A stretch of DNA of 64,000 nucleotides, from contig CM022671.1 of the NCBI GenBank assembly GCA_012295275.1, positions 15,190,001 through 15,254,000 of the forward strand, given 5' to 3'. Source of the stretch: Chrysomallon squamiferum (lineage: Eukaryota > Animalia > Mollusca). Positions within the stretch are counted from its first letter, which is position 1. Each line of letters opens with the position of its first letter. Under the pieces are notes generated by a model that saw nothing but the letters and a program-made list of their open reading frames with translations, had not been told where the DNA came from and searched no databases. The position numbers and the translations under genes were made by a program. Below are positions 25,901 through 39,720 of the stretch, one piece after another.

Positions 25901-28900
25901 TGACATTTCTACCGTTTGTTTTCTCAGGATGACCAAAGAAAATGAAGACGACAGACTACACATGCATCTTCTGCTTAAGAATTCTGAAGGGGAAGGACAT
26001 CACCTAAATGGTAAACAGAAATGCCTGTACATTTTTCGTGAAATGATTAGTAAAAAGTGAAAAATACAAATATTTGCTTTAGAAAAGTAATTAAAATAAA
26101 ATGAAATAAATTAATAGTATGAAAATAATTTTAAAAAAAAAAAATAAAATATTAATAGTGATAATACTGATAATGGCAATAATGAAGTAAAAAAATAATA
26201 ACAATGATGGTATCATCATCATCATCATCATCAACAATCAGAATAAAAGGAAAACTGCTGATGATGATAACAATGAGAGTTATACTAGTAATGATGCAAT
26301 CAATTTCCATTTGTTTTAAAATTTGTCGAAATGTCAGTATTTCATTTAAGAGTTTGGTTTCTCATCATGAGAAGAGGAAAATGAAGAGAAGAATCTACAC
26401 ATGCATCTTCTGCTTAAGAATGCTGCCGGAGAAGGACATCACATAAATGGTGAAAAGAAATGCCTGTACATTTTGTTAAGAACAGATTAGCAAAAAGTGG
26501 GAAAAAACATATTTGTTTTAAAAAAGTAATTGAAAAGAAAGTGAAAAATTATGTTACTAATAAGAGCAATTATTATTAAAATAATAATAAAATAATAATA
26601 GTGATGAATCTGATAATACAATAATGAAGATATCAGAACAGTAAGAAAGATGACTTCAACATGATGATGATCATCATCATCAAAGAAAATAAAAAGAATT
26701 ATCATGATGACTAATAAGGGTAACACCAGTAAAGATGAAATTAATTATGTACTGATTCAAAGTTTGTTCAATCAAATATTCATATTTCTACGTTTTTTTT
26801 TATCTGACGATGAAAAGAATCTACACATGCATCTTCTGGTTAAGAATGCCGCTGGAGAAGGACATCTCCGAAAATGTAAACAGAAATGTCTGTACATTTT
26901 GTGTAGAACAGATTAACAAAAAGTGAAAAGGAAAAATAGTTTTTTTTTTAGAAAAAATAATTAAAATCGAATCAAATAAATTAATAGTAATAATAATAAT
27001 AATAAGTAAAATAATATTAAAAATATTAACAGCAATGATAATGATTGTGACAATAATGAAGTTAACAAGAACAATAACAACGATGACATAATCATCATCA
27101 TCATCATCATGTTCAAACAGAATAATAAGAATAATGATGATGGTAACAATAAGAGTAATACTAGTAATGATGCAATTAATTTGATAAATGTTTTATATTT
27201 TTTGAAAAGAAATACTGACATTTCTACCGTTTGTTTTCTCAGGATGACCAAAGAAAATGAAGACGACAGACTACACATGCATCTTCTGCTTAAGAATTCT
27301 GAAGGGGAAGGACATCACCTAAATGGTAAACAGAAATGCCTGTACATTTTTCGTGAAATGATTAGTAAAAAGTGAAAAATACAAATATTTGCTTTAGAAA
27401 AGTAATTAAAATAAAATGAAATAAATTAATAGTATGAAAATAATTTAAAAAAAAATAATTAAAATATTAATAGTGATAATACTGATAATGGCAATAATGA
27501 AGTAAAAAAAATAATAACAATGATGGTATCATCATCATCATCATCATCATCAACAATCAGAATAAAAGGAAAACTGCTGATGATGATAACAATGAGAGTT
27601 ATACTAGTAATGATGCAATCAATTTCCATTTGTTTTAAAATTTGTCGAAATGTCAGTATTTCATTTAAGAGTTTGGTTTCTCATCATGAGAAGAGGAAAA
27701 TGAAGAGAAGAATCTACACATGCATCTTCTGCTTAAGAATGCTGCCGGAGAAGGACATCACATAAATGGTGAAAAGAAATGCCTGTACATTTTGTTAAGA
27801 ACAGATTAGCAAAAAGTGGGAAAAAACATATTTGTTTTAAAAAAGTAATTGAAAAGAAAGTGAAAAATTATGTTACTAATAAGAGCAATTATTATTAAAA
27901 TAATAATAAAATAATAATAGTGATGAATCTGATAATACAATAATGAAGATATCAGAACAGTAAGAAAGATGACTTCAACATGATGATGATCATCATCATC
28001 AAAGAAAATAAAAAGAATTATCATGATGACTAATAAGGGTAACACCAGTAAAGATGAAATTAATTATGTACTGATTCAAAGTTTGTTCAATCAAATATTC
28101 ATATTTCTACGTTTTTTTTTTATCTGACGATGAAAAGAATCTACACATGCATCTTCTGGTTAAGAATGCCGCTGGAGAAGGACATCTCCGAAAATGTAAA
28201 CAGAAATGTCTGTACATTTTGTGTAGAACAGATTAACAAAAAGTGAAAAGGAAAAATAGTTTTTTTTTTTAGAAAAAATAATTAAAATCGAATCAAATAA
28301 ATTAATAGTAATAATAATAATAATAAGTAAAATAATATTAAAAATATTAACAGCAATGATAATGATTGTGACAATAATGAAGTTAACAAGAACAATAACA
28401 ACGATGACATAATCATCATCATCATCATCATGTTCAAACAGAATAATAAGAATAATGATGATGGTAACAATAAGAGTAATACTAGTAATGATGCAATTAA
28501 TTTGATAAATGTTTTATATTTTTTTAAAAGAAATACTGACATTTCTACCGTTTGTTTTCTCAGGATGACCAAAGAAAATGAAGACGACAGACTACACATG
28601 CATCTTCTGCTTAAGAATTCTGAAGGGGAAGGACATCACCTAAATGGTAAACAGAAATGCCTGTACATTTTTCGTGAAATGATTAGTAAAAAGTGAAAAA
28701 TACAAATATTTGCTTTAGAAAAGTAATTAAAATAAAATGAAATAAATTAATAGTATGAAAATAATTTTAAAAAAATAATTAAAATATTAATAGTGATAAT
28801 ACTGATAATGGCAATAATGAAGTAAAAAAATAATAACAATGATGGTATCATCATCATCATCATCATCATCAACAATCAGAATAAAAGGAAAACTGCTGAT

Positions 28901-31900
28901 GATGATAACAATGAGAGTTATACTAGTAATGATGCAATCAATTTCCATTTGTTTTAAAATTTGTCGAAATGTCAGTATTTCATTTAAGAGTTTGGTTTCT
29001 CATCATGAGAAGAGGAAAATGAAGAGAAGAATCTACACATGCATCTTCTGCTTAAGAATGCTGCCGGAGAAGGACATCACATAAATGGTGAAAAGAAATG
29101 CCTGTACATTTTGTTAAGAACAGATTAGCAAAAAGTGGGAAAAAACATATTTGTTTTAAAAAAGGTATTGAAAAGAAAGTGAAAAATTATGTTACTAATA
29201 AGAGCAATTATTATTAAAATAATAATAAAATAATAATAGTGATGAATCTGATAATACAATAATGAAGATATCAGAACAGTAAGAAAGATGACTTCAACAT
29301 GATGATGATCATCATCATCAAAGAAAATAAAAAGAATTATCATGATGACTAATAAGGGTAACACCAGTAAAGATGAAATTAATTATGTACTGATTCAAAG
29401 TTTGTTCAATCAAATATTCATATTTCTACGTTTTTTTTATCTGACGATGAAAAGAATCTACACATGCATCTTCTGGTTAAGAATGCCGCTGGAGAAGGAC
29501 ATCTCCGAAAATGTAAACAGAAATGTCTGTACATTTTGTGTAGAACAGATTAACAAAAAGTGAAAAGGAAAAATAGTTTTTTTTTTAGAAAAAATAATTA
29601 AAATCGAATCAAATAAATTAATAGTAATAATAATAATAATAAGTAAAATAATATTAAAAATATTAACAGCAATGATAATGATTGTGACAATAATGAAGTT
29701 AACAAGAACAATAACAACGATGACATAATCATCATCATCATCATCATGTCCAAACAGAATAATAAGAATAATGATGATGGTAACAATAAGAGTAATACTA
29801 GTAATGATGCAATTAATTTGATAAATGTTTTATATTTTTTTAAAAGAAATACTGACATTTCTACCGTTTGTTTTCTCAGGATGACGAAAGAAAATGAAGA
29901 CGACAGACTACACATGCATCTTCTGCTTAAGAATTCTGAAGGGGAAGGACATCACCTAAATGGTAAACAGAAATGCCTGTACATTTTTTTCGTGAAATGA
30001 TTAGTAAAAAAAGTGAAAAATACAAATATTTGCTTTAGAAAAGTAATTAAAATAAAATGAAATAAATTAATAGTATGAAAATAATTTAAAAAAAAATAAT
30101 TAAAATATTAATAGTGATAATACTGATAATGGCAATAATGAAGTAAAAAAAATAATAACAATGATGGTATCATCATCATCATCATCATCAACAATCAGAA
30201 TAAAAGGAAAACTGCTGATGATGATAACAATGAGAGTTATACTAGTAATGATGCAATCAATTTCCATTTGTTTTAAAATTTGTCGAAATGTCAGTATTTC
30301 ATTTAAGAGTTTGGTTTCTCATCATGAGAAGAGGAAAATGAAGAGAAGAATCTACACATGCATCTTCTGCTTAAGAATGCTGCCGGAGAAGGACATCACA
30401 TAAATGGTGAAAAGAAATGCCTGTACATTTTGTTAAGAACAGATTAGCAAAAAGTGGGAAAAAACATATTTGTTTTAAAAAAGTAATTGAAAAGAAAGTG
30501 AAAAATTATGTTACTAATAAGAGCAATTATTATTAAAATAATAATAAAATAATAATAGTGATGAATCTGATAATACAATAATGAAGATATCAGAACAGTA
30601 AGAAAGATGACTTCAACATGATGATGATGATCATCATCATCAAAGAAAATAAAAAGAATTATCATGATGACTAATAAGGGTAACACCAGTAAAGATGAAA
30701 TTAATTATGTACTGATTCAAAGTTTGTTCAATCAAATATTCATATTTCTACGTTTTTTTTATCTGACGATGAAAAGAATCTACACATGCATCTTCTGGTT
30801 AAGAATGCCGCTGGAGAAGGACATCTCCGAAAATGTAAACAGAAATGTCTGTACATTTTGTGTAGAACAGATTAACAAAAAGTGAAAAGGAAAAATAGTT
30901 TTTTTTTTTAGAAAAAATAATTAAAATCGAATCAAATAAATTAATAGTAATAATAATAATAATAAGTAAAATAATATTAAAAATATTAACAGCAATGATA
31001 ATGATTGTGACAATAATGAAGTTAACAAGAACAATAACAACGATGACATAATCATCATCATCATCATCATGTTCAAACAGAATAATAAGAATAATGATGA
31101 TGGTAACAATAAGAGTAATACTAGTAATGATGCAATTAATTTGATAAATGTTTTATATTTTTTTAAAAGAAATACTGACATTTCTACCGTTTGTTTTCTC
31201 AGGATGACGAAAGAAAATGAAGACGACAGACTACACATGCATCTTCTGCTTAAGAATTCTGAAGGGGAAGGACATCACCTAAATGGTAAACAGAAATGCC
31301 TGTACATTTTTCGTGAAATGATTAGTAAAAAGTGAAAAATACAAATATTTGCTTTAGAAAAGTAATTAAAATAAAATGAAATAAATTAATAGTATGAAAA
31401 TAATTTAAAAAAAAAATTAAAATATTAATAGTGATAATACTGATAATGGCAATAATGAAGTAAAAAAAATAATAACAATGATGGTATCATCATCATCATC
31501 ATCATCAACAATCAGAATAAAAGGAAAACTGCTGATGATGATAACAATGAGAGTTATACTAGTAATGATGCAATCAATTTCCATTTGTTTTAAAATTTGT
31601 CGAAATGTCAGTATTTCATTTAAGAGTTTGGTTTCTCATCATGAGAAGAGGAAAATGAAGAGAAGAATCTACACATGCATCTTCTGCTTAAGAATGCTGC
31701 CGGAGAAGGACATCACATAAATGGTGAAAAGAAATGCCTGTACATTTTGTTAAGAACAGATTAGCAAAAAGTGGGAAAAAACATATTTGTTTTAAAAAAG
31801 TAATTGAAAAGAAAGTGAAAAATTATGTTACTAATAAGAGCAATTATTATTAAAATAATAATAAAATAATAATAGTGATGAATCTGATAATACAATAATG

Positions 31901-34900
31901 AAGATATCAGAACAGTAAGAAAGATGACTTCAACATGATGATGATGATCATCATCAAAGAAAATAAAGAGAATTATCATGATGACTAATAAGGGTAACAC
32001 CAGTAAAGATGAAATTAATTATGTACTGATTCAAAGTTTGTTCAATCAAATATTCATATTTCTACGTTTTTTTTATCTGACGATGAAAAGAATCTACACA
32101 TGCATCTTCTGGTTAAGAATGCCGCTGGAGAAGGACATCTCCGAAAATGTAAACAGAAATGTCTGTACATTTTGTGTAGAACAGATTAACAAAAAGTGAA
32201 AAGGAAAAATAGTTTTTTTTTTAGAAAAAATAATTAAAATCGAATCAAATAAATTAATAGTAATAATAATAATAATAAGTAAAATAATATTAAAAATATT
32301 AACAGCAATGATAATGATTGTGACAATAATGAAGTTAACAAGAACAATAACAACGATGACATAATCATCATCATCATCATGTTCAAACAGAATAATAAGA
32401 ATAATGATGATGGTAACAATAAGAGTAATACTAGTAATGATGCAATTAATTTGATAAATGTTTTATATTTTTTTTAAAGAAATACTGACATTTCTACCGT
32501 TTGTTTTCTCAGGATGACGAAAGAAAATGAAGGCGACAGACTACACATGCATCTTCTGCTTAAGAATTCTGAAGGGGAAGGACATCACCTAAATGGTAAA
32601 CAGAAATGCCTGTACATTTTTTCGTGAAATGATTAGTAAAAAGTGAAAAATACAAATATTTGCTTTAGAAAAGTAATTAAAATAAAATGAAATAAATTAA
32701 TAGTATGAAAATAATTTAAAAAAAAATAATTAAAATATTAATAGTGATAATACTGATAATGGCAATAATGAAGTAAAAAAAATAATAACAATGATGGTAT
32801 CATCATCATCATCATCATCAACAATCAGAATAAAAGGAAAACTGCTGATGATGATAACAATGAGAGTTATACTAGTAATGATGCAATCAATTTCCATTTG
32901 TTTTAAAATTTGTCGAAATGTCAGTATTTCATTTAAGAGTTTGGTTTCTCATCATGAGAAGAGGAAAATTAAGAGAAGAATCTACACATGCATCTTCTGC
33001 TTAAGAATGCTGCCGGAGAAGGACATCACATAAATGGTGAAAAGAAATGCCTGTACATTTTGTTAAGAACAGATTAGCAAAAAGTGGGAAAAAACATATT
33101 TGTTTTAAAAATTAATTGAAAAGAAAGTGAAAAATTATGTTACTAATAAGAGCAATTATTATTAAAATAATAATAAAATAATAATAGTGATGAATCTGAT
33201 AATACAATAATGAAGATATCAGAACAGTAAGAAAGATGACTTCAACATGATGATGATCATCATCATCAAAGAAAATAAAAGAATTATCATGATGACTAAT
33301 AAGGGTAACACCAGTAAAGATGAAATTAATTATGTACTGATTCAAAGTTTGTTCAATCAAATATTCATATTTCTACGGTTTTTTATCTGACGATGAAAAG
33401 AATCTACACATGCATCTTCTGGTTAAGAATGCCGCTGGAGAAGGACATCTCCGAAAATGTAAACAGAAATGTCTGTACATTTTGTGTAGAACAGATTAAC
33501 AAAAAGTGAAAAGGAAAAATAGTTTTTTTTTTTTTTTTAATAATTAAAATCGAATCAAATAAATTAATAGTAATAATAATAATAATAAGTAAAATAATAT
33601 TAAAAATATTAACAGCAATGATAATGATTGTGACAATAATGAAGTTAACAAGAACAATAACAACGATGACATAATCATCATCATCATCATCATCATGTTC
33701 AAACAGAATAATAAGAATAATGATGATGGTAACAATAAGAGTAATACTAGTAATGATGCAATTAATTTGATAAATGTTTTATATTTTTTGGAAAGAAATA
33801 CTGACATTTCTACCGTTTGTTTTCTCAGGATGACCAAAGAAAATGAAGACGACAGACTACACATGCATCTTCTGCTTAAGAATTCTGAAGGGGAAGGACA
33901 TCACCTAAATGGTAAACAGAAATGCCTGTACATTTTTCGTGAAATGATTAGTAAAAAGTGAAAAATAAAAATATTTGCTTTAGAAAAGTAATTAAAATAA
34001 AATGAAATAAATTAATAGTAATGAAAATAATTTTAAAAAAAATAATTAAAATATTAATAGTGATAATACTGATAATGGCAATAATGAAGTAAAAAAAATA
34101 ATAACAATGATGGTATCATCATCATCATCATCATCATCAACAATCAGAATAAAAGGAAAACTGCTGATGATGATAACAATGAGAGTTATACTAGTAATGA
34201 TGCAATCAATTTCCATTTGTTTTAAAATTTGTCGAAATGTCAGTATTTCATTTAAGAGTTTGGTTTCTCATCATGAGAAGAGGAAAATGAAGAGAAGAAT
34301 CTACACATGCATCTTCTGCTTAAGAATGCTGCCGGAGAAGGACATCACATAAATGGTGAAAAGAAATGCCTGTACATTTTGTTAAGAACAGATTAGCAAA
34401 AAGTGGGAAAAAACATATTTGTTTTAAAAAAGTAATTGAAAAGAAAGTGAAAAATTATGTTACTAATAAGAGCAATTATTATTAAAATAATAATAAAATA
34501 ATAATAGTGATGAATCTGATAATACAATAATGAAGATATCAGAACAGTAAGAAAGATGACTTCAACATGATGATGATGATCATCATCAAAGAAAATAAAG
34601 AGAATTATCATGATGACTAATAAGGGTAACACCAGTAAAGATGAAATTAATTATGTACTGATTCAAAGTTTGTTCAATCAAATATTCATATTTCTACGTT
34701 TTTTTTATCTGACGATGAAAAGAATCTACACATGCATCTTCTGGTTAAGAATGCCGCTGGAGAAGGACATCTCCGAAAATGTAAACAGAAATGTCTGTAC
34801 ATTTTGTGTAGAACAGATTAACAAAAAGTGAAAAGGAAAAATAGTTTTTTTTTTAGAAAAAATAATTAAAATCGAATCAAATAAATTAATAGTAATAATA

Positions 34901-37450
34901 ATAATAATAATAAGTAAAATAATATTAAAAATATTAACAGCAATGATAATGATTGTGACAATAATGAAGTTAACAAGAACAATAACAACGATGACATAAT
35001 CATCATCATCATCATGTTCAAACAGAATAATAAGAATAATGATGATGGTAACAATAAGAGTAATACTAGTAATGATGCAATTAATTTGATAAATGTTTTA
35101 TATTTTTTTTTTTTTAAAAGAAATACTGACATTTCTACCGTTTGTTTTCTCAGGATGACGAAAGAAAATGAAGGCGACAGACTACACATGCATCTTCTGC
35201 TTAAGAATTCTGAAGGGGAAGGACATCACCTAAATGGTAAACAGAAATGCCTGTACATTTTTCGTGAAATGATTAGTAAAAAGTGAAAAATACAAATATT
35301 TGCTTTAGAAAAGTAATTAAAATAAAATGAAATAAATTAATAGTATGAAAATAATTTTAAAAAAATAATTAAAATATTAATAGTGATAATACTGATAATG
35401 GCAATAATGAAGTAAAAAAAATAATAACAATGATGGTATCATCATCATCATCATCATCAACAATCAGAATAAAAGGAAAACTGCTGATGATGATAACAAT
35501 GAGAGTTATACTAGTAATGATGCAATCAATTTCCATTTGTTTTAAAATTTGTCGAAATGTCAGTATTTCATTTAAGAGTTTGGTTTCTCATCATGAGAAG
35601 AGGAAAATGAAGAGAAGAATCTACACATGCATCTTCTGCTTAAGAATGCTGCCGGAGAAGGACATCACATAAATGGTGAAAAGAAATGCCTGTACATTTT
35701 GTTAAGAACAGATTAGCAAAAAGTGGGAAAAACATATTTGTTTTAAAAAAAAGTAATTGAAAAGAAAGAGAAAAATTATGTTACTAATAAGAGCAATTAT
35801 TATTAAAATAATAATAAAATAATAATAGTGATGAATCTGATAATACAATAATGAAGATATCAGAACAGTAAGAAAGATGACTTCAACATGATGATGATGA
35901 TCATCATCAAAGAAAATAAAGAGAATTATCATGATGACTAATAAGGATAACACCAGTAAAGATGAAATTAATTATGTACTGATTCCAAGTTTGTTGAATC
36001 AAATATTCATATTTCTACGGTTTTTTATCTGACGATGAAAAGAATCTACACATGCATCTTCTGGTTAAGAATGCCGCTGGAGAAGGACATCTCCGAAAAT
36101 GTAAACAGAAATGTCTGTACATTTTGTGTAGAACAGATTAACAAAAAGTGAAAAGGAAAAATAGTTTTTTTTTTAGAAAAAATAATTAAAATCGAATCAA
36201 ATAAATTAATAGTAATAATAATAATAATAAGTAAAATAATATTAAAAATATTAACAGCAATGATAATGATTGTGACAATAATGAAGTTAACAAGAACAAT
36301 AACAACGATGACATAATCATCATCATCATCATGTTCAAACAGAATAATAAGAATAATGATGATGGTAACAATAAGAGTAATACTAGTAATGATGCAATTA
36401 ATTTGATAAATGTTTTATATTTTTTTTAAAGAAATACTGACATTTCTACCGTTTGTTTTCTCAGGATGACGAAAGAAAATGAAGACGACAGACTACACAT
36501 GCATCTTCTGCTTAAGAATTCTGAAGGGGAAGGACATCACCTAAATGGTAAACAGAAATGCCTGTACATTTTTCGTGAAATGATTAGTAAAAAGTGAAAA
36601 ATACAAATATTTGCTTTAGAAAAGTAATTAAAATAAAATGAAATAAATTAATAGTATGAAAATAATTAAACAAAAAATAATTAAAATATTAATAGTGATA
36701 ATACTGATAATGGCAATAATGAAGTAAAAAAAATAATAACAATGATGGTATCATCATCATCATCATCAACAATCAGAATAAAAGGAAAACTGCTGATGAT
36801 GATAACAATGAGAGTTATACTAGTAATGATGCAATCAATTTCCATTTGTTTTAAAATTTGTCGAAATGTCAGTATTTCATTTAAGAGTTTGGTTTCTCAT
36901 CATGAGAAGAGGAAAATGAAGAGAAGAATCTACACATGCATCTTCTGCTTAAGAATGCTGCCGGAGAAGGACATCACATAAATGGTGAAAAGAAATGCCT
37001 GTACATTTTGTTAAGAACAGATTAACAAAAAGTGGGAAAAAACATATTTGTTTTAAAAAAGTAATTGAAAAGAAAGTGAAAAATTATGTTACTAATAAGA
37101 GCAATTATTATTAAAATAATAATAAAATAATAATAGTGATGAATCTGATAATACAATAATGAAGATATCAGAACAGTAAAAAAGATGACTTCAACATGAT
37201 GATGATCATCATCATCAAAGAAAATAAAGAGAATTATCATGATGACTAATAAGGGTAACACTAGTAAAGATGGAATTAATTATGTACTGATTGCAAGTTT
37301 GTTGAATCAAATATTCATATTTCTACGGTTTTTTATCTGACGATGAAAAGAATCTACACATGCATCTTCTGGTTAAGAATGCCGCTGGAGAAGGACATCT
37401 CCGAAAATGTAAACAGAAATGTCTGTACATTTTGAGAAGAACAGATTAGT
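13950..37450 (+). repeat. Higher-order tandem repeat: 18 near-identical ~1318-bp trimers (A-B-C monomers)
   Basis: A cassettes start at 14051, 15363, 16680, 17997, 19317, 20650, 21963, 23286, 24604, 25928, 27243, 28564, 29880, 31203, 32513, 33829, 35154, 36465; the ORF track repeats with period (36742-14326)/17 = ~1318.6. Confidence 0.97.
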
Positions 37451-39720
37451 GAAAAGTGAAAACTGAAAATATTTGCTTTACAAAACGTAATTAAAATAAA
37501 ATAAAATAAGTTAATAGTAAGAATAATAATCATTATTACAATAATAAAAATAATAATAGTTATAGCACTGATAATACAATAATGAAGTTATCAGAACAAT
37601 AACAACGATGACATCAGCATCATCAGCATCATCATCATCATCAAAGAGAATAATGATAATGATGATGATGATAACAATAAGAGTAATACTAGTAATGATG
37701 TTATTAATTTTATTTTTGTTTTAATGTTTGTTAAATCATATACTGACATTTCTACGTTTTGTTTTCTCAGGATGACAAGAGGAAAATGAAGACGAGAATC
37801 TACATATGCACCTTCTGTTTAAGAATGGTGCAGGAGAAGGACATCACATAAATGGTGAAGAGAGATGCCTGTACATTTTTCGAAGAACAAATTAACAAAA
37901 AGTGAAAAATAAAAATATGTGGTTTACAAAAAAGAATTAAAATAAAGTGAAATACATTAATAGTAATAATATTAGTACAAATAATAATAATAGTGATAGT
38001 AGTGATGACAGTAGTAATGTTGATAAAAAAAGATCATCACCATCATCATAAAAGAGAATGTAAGAATGATGATATGATTATAAGAATAAGAATAATACTA
38101 GTAATGATGGAATCAATTGTTTGTTTGTTTTAATGTTTATTAAATGAAATACTGACATTCGTTCGTTTTGTTTTGACAGGATGACAAGAGGAAAATGAAG
38201 ACAGGATTACACAGTTGAAGACAGGAATTGGTTTTTAATTTTTGGGGGTTTGCCGGCATTTGGGTGGGCGTGTATGTATTTTAACGTAGACATCAGACTC
38301 TTAATCCTGATGTCTACACCTGCATGTTCTGCTTTACAATCCGTAGGTGACACATGTGAAGAAGGTGAAAGAATGCTGCAGGAGAAAGACATCACCTGAA
38401 TGGTAAAGAGAAATGTGTATACATTTTGTGAAGAAGATTAATAAAAAATAAAAGTATTGGCTTTATAAAAAGCAATTAAAAGAAGTAAGATCAAATAAAA
38501 TAAAGTGATAATAAGAACAATAATAATAATAACAACAATAATGGCAGTATTGATAAAGAGAATAATAATAATAACAATAATAATAATAATTATAATGGCA
38601 GTACTCATAATGAGAATAACAATGAGAATAACAACAAGAAGAAATACAACATCATCGCGAACATATTGATCATCAAACAGAATAAGAATTGTCTTGACGA
38701 TGATAATGATAAGGGTAACGCTATTAATGATGGAATTAATTTTCTATTTGTTTTAAAGTTTGTTAAATGAAATACTGACATTTCTACGGTTTGTTTTCCC
38801 AGGATGACAAGAGGAAAATGAAGACAAGAATCTAGACATGCATCTTCTGCTTAAGAATGCTGCAGGAGAAGGACATCACCTAAATGGTAAACAGAGATGA
38901 GTGTACATTTTGTGAAGAAGAAATTAATAAAAAGTGAAAAATTAAAACATTTTCTTTTCAAAAGTAATTAAAATAAAATGAAATAGTTAATAGTGATAAT
39001 AATAATAATTTTAAACGTATGATTAAAATATTAATAGTGATAATACCGATAATGACAATAATGAAGTTGACAGGAACAATAAAACGATGACGTCGACATC
39101 ATCATCATCCCTCGCCATCATCAAAGAGAATGATAAGAAAAATGATGATGATGATAACAATAAGAGTAACAATAGTAATGATGCAATGAAATTTATATTT
39201 GTTTTAATGTTTGTTAAATGAAATGAAGGTTAAAGAATGCGTAATTAAAAGAAGTAAAATAAAATAGAATAAAATAAACTAATAATAACCACTACAATAA
39301 TAATAATAAAGTAATAATAATAACAATAATAATAATAATAACAATAATAATAATAATAATAATAATATTAATAATAATGAAAATGAGAATGAGCATAACA
39401 ACCACAGCAAAAAAATGAAAATTCATCTTCATGAAACATAATAATAGGGATAATGATTATGATAATAAGAGTAACACTAATAATGATGGAATTAATGTTG
39501 TATTTCTTCTAAGGTTTGTTAAATGAAATACTAACATTTTTTCGGGTTTTTTTCAACAGGCTGATAACCTGAAAATGAAGACCGTTATCCACACATGAAA
39601 TCAAGAATGGGTTGTTCATTTTCCTTCGTTTTCTGGCATTTGTGTTGGAATATATCGATTTTAACGTTAACATACTGATGTTTAGCCTCCATGTTCATTT
39701 GTATCTTATTTTGTTAGTGG
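37450..39720 (+). repeat. Diverged monomers on the right flank, including two long-form cassettes
   Basis: 84-nt cassettes at 37771-37854 and 38803-38886; 223-nt cassette at 38180-38402; related long form starting at 39560. Confidence 0.88.

Noticed and set aside
14326-37261. Recurrent 60-150-aa ORFs (MMVSSSS..., MLPLLVIM..., MCSLSSS...)
   Set aside because: Low-complexity translations that shift frame with homopolymer length between copies
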